Source of the DNA: Octopus bimaculoides | Lineage: Eukaryota | Direction of reading: 5' to 3' | Assembly (NCBI RefSeq): GCF_001194135.2 | Contig: NC_068982.1 | Span: 106,996,883 to 107,056,282 of the forward strand | Length of the DNA: 59,400 bases | Shown here: positions 50,946 through 59,400 of the stretch, one piece after another | How the letters are laid out: the number at the start of each line of letters is the position of its first letter | Position numbering within the stretch: position 1 is the stretch's first letter | The notes under the pieces: model-generated | The model's database searches: none | What the model saw: the letters and a program-made list of their open reading frames with translations, nothing else | What the model was told of the DNA's origin: nothing | Made by a program: the position numbers and the translations under genes

Positions 50946-52270
50946 GTATATATATATATATGTATGTATGTATGTATATATATATATATATACATATATG
51001 GGAGAGAGAGAATGAGAGAAAGAAGAGTATTTTAATACAGCTTTTCAAACAACGAATAATTTGTTGAATAATGTGTCATCGTGAAAAAGAGAGGGCGTTA
51101 TTAAGCACATGCCGAGTTTATTAATGACTTACTTTGTCAGTGTTGCTTTAAGACGTATCCGTGAAATGTGAAGTAACGCCCATCTACGTATGTAGTTCAT
51201 GTTGTTCAAGTATAGGAGTATGAGCCCTTACTTAGTGGTGTGTAGTGGTTAAATGTATATCATGGTGAACAGATGCAAAAGGAATGTGTATGCCTTTGAA
51301 GTAAACAAATGAGTGAATCGACTCATAGTTATAATAATTTATTCACTGGACTTAATTTGTTGTTGGTACACATAATTCTTCACTAGATGCAAAATGTTGA
51401 CAACTGCTACGAGTTGCTAGAAATAGAAACAGGGTACATCTGTGGAAATGATATGTCAGAAATGAATATGTTCGTGTGTGTGTGTGTACGTAGTTAATCT
51501 GAGACAGTAGTCTACCGTGGAACTTCGAACATTGCTCTGGTCTCTGCGAAAAGCTGTTGTAGACCTTTCTCGTTCGTCGGCTAGGCTTTTCTCCCCTGTC
51601 TGTCTGTTGACTACCGTATTAATAATCGTGGCAGCTAGAAGGACAGACATACTGCAGCAGAGTTTGCACCTAAATAGGTCAGCTCCTGTTCATTTGAACT
51701 TCGCCTGACATGGCTGAAGTCGTAGGTCAAAGGGAGATGATCAATCACTTTTTGACAGGACGAAGAAAACCTGTTTTCGCGCCTGTTGACTGTTGATCGT
51801 GGTGGTTTGGACGACCGAGAATTCTTAGATTCGGTTTCGAATCTAGGCTTGGAGAAGGAAGTATTAGTTTTTACAGGTGTATCAAAACCAGAGGCATAAA
51901 CTGATCCGGCGTAGATAAACGATCAAAGAATGGCGTACTATGGAATTATGGAATTGATTAGTCAATTGGAATGTTTTGTTTTTACTGGTTTTTAATTTGC
52001 TATCATTTCGGAGTAAACAAGTATATTACAAATATGTAATATATCATAAAAAAGAGCCATAAAACACCATCATTTAACGTCCGTTATCCATGCTGGCATC
52101 GGTTGAACGGTTCGACAGGAGCTGGCGAGCCAGCGGAGTGCTCCAAGTATCATTATATGCTTTAACATACGTAGTTTTTTACGTCAGGATGCCTTTCCTA
52201 ACGCCAACCACTCAACAGAGTATACAGGGCACTTTTTACATTGCACCAGGACTAATGAGGTCATCAAGTA

Positions 52271-52689
52271 CCGTGTATACTCGGCTATAAGTCGCACTTT
52301 TTTCCCTTGAAATTTTCATCTAAAGTTGGGGGTGTGACTTATAAGAACATCCTATAAAAAAAATCTTCAGATAATTTCTAGGTACAAGTCATGTCTGAAG
52401 TTCCGACACCTGGAATAACCGAAAAGGATAAAATTTTACATTATAAACAACGGTTTCTAAAATGTTTGGACTTAATGGGATAACAGCTGTAAGTCATCTT
52501 CAGCTTACTGAAAGCTCGGTTACCGAACAACAACTATATCGGAGCGATTTCTAATCGAACTTTGCTCTCCAGCATAAAAAAACGTCGCTGCGACTTATAG
52601 TCGGGCCAATGATAAAATTCCCGATTTGAACCATGTAAGTCGGGGGTACGTCTTATAGGCGAGGGCGTTTTATAGCCGAGTATTTACGG
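52271..52689. mobile_element. 419-bp pogo/Tc1-mariner-type MITE
   Basis: TIRs CCGTGTATACTCGGCTATAA and TTATAGCCGAGTATTTACGG (18/20 match), TA on both sides. Confidence 0.85.
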
Positions 52690-54404
52690 TAACTTGTAAG
52701 ACAAATTCCATCAACTGAGGCCGGAATAATATTGAGGGAGATATCTTTGTGCCAGATGATGCGAGGTTAAAGTATGAAAGAGGGACGGGAATAGGTGTTT
52801 TGCTATAAGGGAAATATATGGTCATCCCCGTTGGAAAAGAGAAAAGATGGTGGTAAAGATGTGTTAGAGTGTACCCTCAAGTTCCAGGAAGGCGAATATA
52901 TGGGAAGTGGTACAGAAGATTGGATAGGGTGAGTGGGTAAATAAGTTTGTTTGCAGGTGTGAGAGGTGAGTGGCAGATGAATAAAGATGCGGATAGAGGG
53001 AAATGCAGTGAGTTGTGAACACGGGTGAAGACATAGTTAATCGGGAATATCAGTTGGAGAAGAAGGTGGCGAAATAAATCTATTCTTGGTTACAACTGAT
53101 CTCGTAATAGTCAGTCCTTGATTGCAGTTTCCTAGTATGGTGCAGCTGAGATATATATTTCCTCTTGGATTGTAAGCAAGTCTATCGTAGCAACACACCC
53201 AATAACCTAACATTTATCCTAAACACATCGATAAACTGAAGTAAAGTAAAGTGCCCAGCCAGAAACACAAGGAAACGTGAACAATGATTTGAGTTTATGA
53301 TTCCTGGGCAGGAAAATTAATACCTGTACATATGACTAACTCACTCACTTTAAAAAAAAAAAAAAAGACTGTTATTCAAAAGAAAATGTCTGTTACTAAG
53401 AACGAAACGCAACCTGTTATAAGAACTAGTTTATTTGTTGCAGAGAAGATTTACTCAAAGGAAAAGAAACTCTTGAAGAAATAAAAGGTGGGAGCAAAAT
53501 AAGTAGAATGGTAAAAAAAGGAGAAACAGCCTGTTACAAAGACCACTTGTTAAAAAAGAGAAACAGCTTCTTACAAAAATGAACCAGCCGTCATAAAGAA
53601 ACAGCCTGTTACAACGTAGAGCCACTTCTATTTTTTCTCAAATTTCATTTTTTTTTGTCCGCTAATAGGAGTGGCTGTGTGGAAAGTATATAACTAAACA
53701 GCAAAGTCTTTTGTCCAGCACTTTACTCCATAACCTAATATCAATAATAATAATTATCAAAATTTATTTGAGTAGAATACGCTCAGCTCTGTGCAGTCAA
53801 AGATAATATGACCATTTTACAAAAAAGCACCTGCCACGAGAAAGCTTCAACGTGGTCACTCTATTTATTAGAAAAGGCAGCCAAACTTTTCTCAAATCAC
53901 ATCCCACATATTTTAAAAGGTGACATTGGTTGATGTTGTTTTAGATACACAATTTATGGGTAAAAGATGAGATTATAAACATTGGACTACTTTTGCCAAC
54001 AGGCCCGTTCGATTAGGATTGACCTGGAACCAAACAACAAGAAAGTTGATTTAAAAAATTCTAGCACAAACATTCCATATTAAATTAAGTTAAACTATTT
54101 CTTTCTTTTCTTGTGAATAATTTAAAACTATTTCATCGTTATCGTGATCTCATTGCCATCGTCATCGTCGTTAATGTCACCATTGATGATGTAATGAAGT
54201 TGTTGTCTTCATTAAGATTAAATTGCTAGTTTGTGAGTCATGCAGACGAAAATCATTAAAAAAAAAGGTCATGATTTGTTACACTTGACTTTAAAGAAAA
54301 CAAGTGTACAACATATGCAAGTCATTCAGGTGCATGCGAGAATAACTTTTTGCAGGCTGGGTGACAAAGCGTTTTCAACGAATTTAATATGGTAAACTTG
54401 AACC

Positions 54405-54440
<36 letters not shown>

Positions 54441-54764
54441 CATAGGTTTAAGTGGCAGCAATCTTTATTTATAAATAAGCCAAATGATAACGAATGCATT
54501 AGGATAATTTTAGTTCCATTACTAAAATAGAGATTGCTTACCTCGCAGGAGAGCTAAATACAATAAAGCACGTAGACCGATGCCCGACTACTTTTATCAT
54601 TCCACTAACTTTTAACATTAATATTACAAGTATAAGAAGTAGCCCACACTACGCTGGTTAAGTCGGCTGCCTCGTTATTCGATCTTATGAAGTACAGTAC
54701 CAGTTGTTTCATTAATAACGCATTTAGGTGTTAGTTATCTACTGTGCCACCTTCATATTTTATC

Positions 54765-55110
54765 TTTTATTTGTTTTAGTCTTGTACTGCAACCATGATA
54801 GTGCACCGACTCGAAGAGTTTAGTCGAACAAATCGACACTTGATACGTATTTTTAAGACTAATACTTATCCTATTGGCGTCTTTTTGCCGAACTGCAAAG
54901 TCATGGGGACGCAAACACGAGCACCGATTGTCAGGTGGTTGTGAGGGACCGATATAAAGACTTACACACAAACACACACATATGTCTATCAAATTTCGCC
55001 AACCAAATCCACTCACAAGGCTCTGGTCGGCCCTGGGCTATAGTGAAAGACACTTGCCTAGGGTGTCGAACGGTGGGACCGAACCCCAAACCACACAGTT
55101 GGGAAGTAAG
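54765..55110 (-). mobile_element. SINE family A, diverged copy
   Basis: Reverse complement of the family A body and tail. Confidence 0.75.
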
Positions 55111-55239
55111 CTAAGCTTAGAAGCCAAAAGGCTTGAAACAATGCCTCACGGGGAAGACTTACGAGGCGGAAATACCCAGGGAGGTGTGGTGAATGAAATT
55201 TGGTATCTGAAAGCACGTGGTTGGATGTATAAAAGATAA

Positions 55240-55385
55240 GTTAGGGTTAGGGTTAGGGTTATGAGTTATAGGGTTTTAGGGTTAGGGTTAGGGTTATGAG
55301 TTAGGTTATGGCAAAAATAATCATAACCCTAACCCTAAAACTAACCCTAACTCTAAAACCCAAACCCTAACCCTAAAACCCTAAA
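55240..55385. repeat. Head-to-head interstitial telomeric repeat, (TTAGGG)n then (CCCTAA)n, degenerate
   Basis: G-rich arm 55240-55310, 11-nt spacer, C-rich arm 55322-55385. Confidence 0.9.
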
Positions 55386-56208
55386 GCTTAAACCAGTACA
55401 AATGCACGAACGATGTTATAAATAATAGTACCGCCGATAGCTGTTGTTGACAAATAACGGCACTAATTTTATTCAAGGGAAAAGATCCCATGACACCGTT
55501 AAAACATGTTGTTTACATTTCACGGCAGTAATTGTTTTCACCTCAATAGACGTCAGTGATTGGTTGAAATTACCGAAATACGGCAATTTTTTTTTACATG
55601 AAATAACTTCGAATACAAAATTTTTTATCTGTTCTATAACACAAAATATACAAGTATACGAAGTTTGAAAGTGTTTCGGTACCAAAAACACTACATAAAA
55701 CATAAATGAAAAGTGGTGCCCGTCAATTCAGAAAGATCCGCTTCCACCAACCAAATGTCTTCGCGTGTGTGCGTGTGTGAGTATGCTTGCCTCTAGTGCA
55801 AAAAGGTACGCTGGCCTATCAGGGTCAGTGTCCAATCAGCTGTTCCAATTCGCCAGCGTCCAAGCAACCGTACCCAATCGCCTCATTCCACTGTTGAGCT
55901 TGACCGTGTAAGCGTTAACCATGTCTGCATTTTGCACTCCATTTTCTATTGATTGTGATAGCAAAATTCGCATATCATACACCGTACTCGCTAACAGTTC
56001 GCAGTTTACTCATTGTTGTCTAAAAACGTGCTGTATTGTACACACCCAAAACTGAATATACAATGTAATATAAATACACAATATCCTATAAATACACACG
56101 TCATCTTACACAAATACACAATGTCCTATAAATATACACGTCAACATAAAGGCCTTTGATCATTTCTAGATAGACACACACGCATGATCATACTAATGCG
56201 CACACACG

Positions 56209-56258
<50 letters not shown>

Positions 56259-56519
56259 TACACACATACACACACATTCACACATACATACAGATATACA
56301 TACACATTCCTGGGTGTGTGTGTATGTGTATATATATATATGTAAATATGTGTGGGGGTGTACACATACATACATTGTGATATGTGTGTATAGAAAAGAA
56401 GATGACGCAATAAGGAAAAAATGTTTTCAAAACAATGATACACCTCAGTGGAAAACTTGTAACAGTTGGTGTGTGTGTGTGCGTGCGTGTGTGTTTATGT
56501 GTTTGTGTGTGTGTTTCTA

Positions 56520-57130
56520 TATCTAGGGCAGAGAAACAAAGACTAGAATAGGATACAAAGAACTTGTGACAAAGAAAACAGGGCGAACCCCTTGTATAAA
56601 ACCGACAAATATCAAGGAGTGATCTTTGTAGAGGCCACAGCCCATGGAGAACTAGCCCGTAGATTTAGAAAAGCTCTGAAGGAGACCAAACTCAACATTA
56701 AGATTGTTGAAAAGCCAGGGAACTCCGTCAGATCACAACTATGTAGGACATACCCCTTTAAGAATACCATATGCACCAATGATAATTGCATAGTATGTAG
56801 CATTAGCCCTGGCATTAACTGTAGAACTAGAAATGTAGTTTACAGCATAAGATGCATAGAAGGTGCTTGTAAAGACATGAACATGACATATATAGGAGAG
56901 ACATCTAGGAACATTGCGGAACGACTAAATGAGCATTTGGGACAATATGACGAAAAACATAACAGTCCTCCATACTCTACCAATATGCCAAGGACCAAAA
57001 TGGAGGCAACCTGGGTCAACTTGACTCTGCATCTTATCCAAGCACCCAAAGGACCCAACACTCAGGCAAATACAGGAGTACGTCCTCATAAATGAAACTT
57101 TCCCAATACTAAATAGGAAATATACATAGT
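56520..57130 (+). mobile_element. Penelope-like element remnant with GIY-YIG endonuclease
   Basis: YKTDKYQGVIFVEAT..NCRTRNVVYSIRC..YIGETSRNIAERLNEH, then frameshifted RQIQEYVLINE. Confidence 0.85.
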
Positions 57131-57904
57131 AGATATCATACTCCCATTCCCACAGTTTACATAGGTAGAGTAGAATAGTTAGTGGGCTGTTATGTAGATA
57201 GATGTGTGTATGTATGTGTGTGGGTGTGTGTGTGCATGTATGTATGTATATGCACATGTATGTAAGCATATGCACACATGCACACTAACCCACACACATG
57301 CGCACAAACAAACAAAAAGAACTCTGTGTGAATAACGGACAGTCAAAACTATTGAAAAGGTTGCAAGACGCAACGAAAATTTTAGAAAAAAATAAAAAAA
57401 TAAATAATTGGAAATTTTACCGGTGAGTGTCTTAAATTGTAAGGCACTAAAAGAGAATAACTCTCCCCAGACACAACAGTATATATTGCGCACTCTACTA
57501 CTATTACTATCACTTCCCTGTCTATCTCTCTCCCTCTCTTGTTCTTCATCCTTTCTGTTTTTCTATCCCAACCCTCCCCTATTCTTCTCTTCCTTTCACC
57601 GTTCCCTCTCTCTCACTCCTTCTCCTTGACCCTCCCGTCGATGACACGTGACGAAAGGGATTCTTTCTTTCTATTTTCTGCCTTCCTATAGAGAAGACGT
57701 GCATTTTTTTTGTCTCTCATTCACATCTAACTAGCGTTCAAAAAAATAATAATTTTTCTATCGTCTTGGCCTAACAGCCCACACCGTTTGTTTTCACTGT
57801 TCTGTCTTGTTTTTACTGTCTTGTTCTCATTGTCCTGTTCTTGTTTATACTTTCACCCTCCGTAAAAAATTCCAAATTTTATTTAATTTGCTTTGCGGGA
57901 AGGA

Positions 57905-57980
57905 CTGTTCCAACGAAGTCGCGTATTGTCCTTGCCTTCGAAACGCGGAATAGATGGAACAGGGACAACTGAAGAAGGGA
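57905..57980 (+). ncRNA. Candidate hammerhead-like RNA with non-canonical strand order
   Basis: CUGAAGA (57969-75), GAAA (57940-43), GUA triplet (57923-25), stem I UUGUCC/GGACAA, stem III CGCGU/ACGCG, extra helix CUGUUCCA/UGGAACAG; stem II weak. Confidence 0.45.
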
Positions 57981-58732
57981 AATATTCTTTATGTTGCATG
58001 TCTCGTTTNNNNNNNNNNNNNNNNNNNNNNNNNNNNNNNNNNNNNNNNNNNNNNNNNNNNNNNNNNNNNNNNNNNNNNNNNNNNNNNNNNNNNNNNNNNN
58101 NNNNNNNNNNNNNNNNNNNNNNNNNNNNNNNNNNNNNNNNNNNNNNNNNNNNNNNNNNNNNNNNNNNNNNNNNNNNNNNNNNNNNNNNNNNNNNNNNNNN
58201 NNNNNNNNNNNNNNNNNNNNNNNNNNNNNNNNNNNNNNNNNNNNNNNNNNNNNNNNNNNNNNNNNNNNNNNNNNNNNNNNNNNNNNNNNNNNNNNNNNNN
58301 NNNNNNNNNNNNNNNNNNNNNNNNNNNNNNNNNNNNNNNNNNNNNNNNNNNNNNNNNNNNNNNNNNNNNNNNNNNNNNNNNNNNNNNNNNNNNNNNNNNN
58401 NNNNNNNNNNNNNNNNNNNNNNNNNNNNNNNNNNNNNNNNNNNNNNNNNNNNNNNNNNNNNNNNNNNNNNNNNNNNNNNNNNNNNNNNNNNNNNNNNNNN
58501 NNNNNNNNNNNNNNNNNNNNNNNNNNNNNNNNNNNNNNNNNNNNNNNNNNNNNNNNNNNNNNNNNNNNNNNNNNNNNNNNNNNNNNNNNNNNNNNNNNNN
58601 NNNNNNNNNNNNNNNNNNNNNNNNNNNNNNNNNNNNNNNNNNNNNNNNNNNNNNNNNNNNNNNNNNNNNNNNNNNNNNNNNNNNNNNNNNNNNNNNNNNN
58701 NNNNNNNNNNNNNNNNNNNNNNNNNNNNNNNN

Positions 58733-58802
<70 letters not shown>

Positions 58803-58804
<2 letters not shown>

Positions 58805-58950
58805 TCGAAAAATACTTTAGGAATGAGAACCCAGGTTCGAAATTTCCCCAAGACACCTCATGTAGTTTGGAGGGTATATCAGCCGAAACGTTGTGTTAAC
58901 AATAAACAAGATGAGGACAAATATCTGTCAACTGTAAATAATGTAAATAA
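58803..58950 (+). mobile_element. Penelope-like terminal repeat segment with a decayed minimal type I hammerhead
   Basis: GACAC-CTCATGT-AGTTTG..CAGCC-GAAACGTT-GTGTT: stem I and the palindromic AACGTT stem III are kept, but CTGATGA is mutated to CTCATGT. Confidence 0.55.
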
Positions 58951-58951
58951 T

Positions 58952-58986
<35 letters not shown>

Positions 58987-58999
58987 AATATACGTACAT

Positions 59000-59032
<33 letters not shown>

Positions 59033-59084
59033 AATATATACATACATACATATATATAAATAATGTACATACATTTGCCGAACT

Positions 59085-59150
59085 GCTACGTTATGTGGAC
59101 ATAAACACACCAGCATCAGTTGTCAAGCGATGTTGGGGGTACAAACACAG

Positions 59151-59193
<43 letters not shown>

Positions 59194-59330
59194 CGATGGG
59201 CTTCCCTCAGTCTCCGTCCACCAAATCCATTCGAGTTGAAGACACTTGCCCAAGATGCCACGCAGTGGGACTGAACCCAGAACCATGTGGTTGGCAAGCA
59301 AACTATTTTCCACACAGCCACACCTGCGCC
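59085..59330 (-). mobile_element. SINE family A, 5' two-thirds
   Basis: Head GGCGCAGGTGTGGCTGTGTGG on the minus strand. Confidence 0.8.
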
Positions 59331-59400
59331 TAATTTATTTTAATAGTAAATATGGCTTTTTTTTGCACACACGCGCGCGCGTACACACACACACACACAC

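Noticed and set aside
50800-51070. HTHT/YIYI/CVCV ORFs here and at 56.2-56.5 and 58.9-59.3 kb
   Set aside because: Translations of (CA)n and (TA)n microsatellites.
53390-53620. Dispersed AAACAGCCTGTTACAA units as a structured array
   Set aside because: Irregular spacing and heavy divergence; consistent with a decayed minisatellite.
58850-58900. Active minimal hammerhead
   Set aside because: Core CTGATGA is mutated to CTCATGT and stem II has mismatches; listed only as a decayed remnant.

Overview
AT-rich, microsatellite- and SINE-dense animal DNA with five assembly gaps. The repeat families, gap pattern and composition suggest an Octopus genome (inference). Two protein genes are supported. 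(1) A complete cyclin K gene (CCNK) on the minus strand: 8 coding exons, 15232 to 1165, 2025 nt, 674 aa. Its first coding intron is U12-type and its introns are packed with transposon remnants. (2) An intronless 493-aa ORF (42169 to 40688, minus) with a divergent EB1/MAPRE-type calponin-homology domain. The rest is decayed mobile DNA: RTE, R4/Dong-like, CR1-like and Penelope-like retroelements, Merlin, mariner, Tc1 and pogo transposons, MITEs, and three tRNA-derived SINE families. Best leads: a hammerhead-like RNA with non-canonical strand order beside a Penelope-like remnant (57905-57980), the EB1-like orphan gene, a U12 donor fused to a (TC)n tract and AG, R4-like copies abutting (ACAT)n repeats, a head-to-head telomeric repeat, and a perfect RFX X-box with no recognised ciliary CDS. 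All alignments were made by eye; no searches or folding programs were run.
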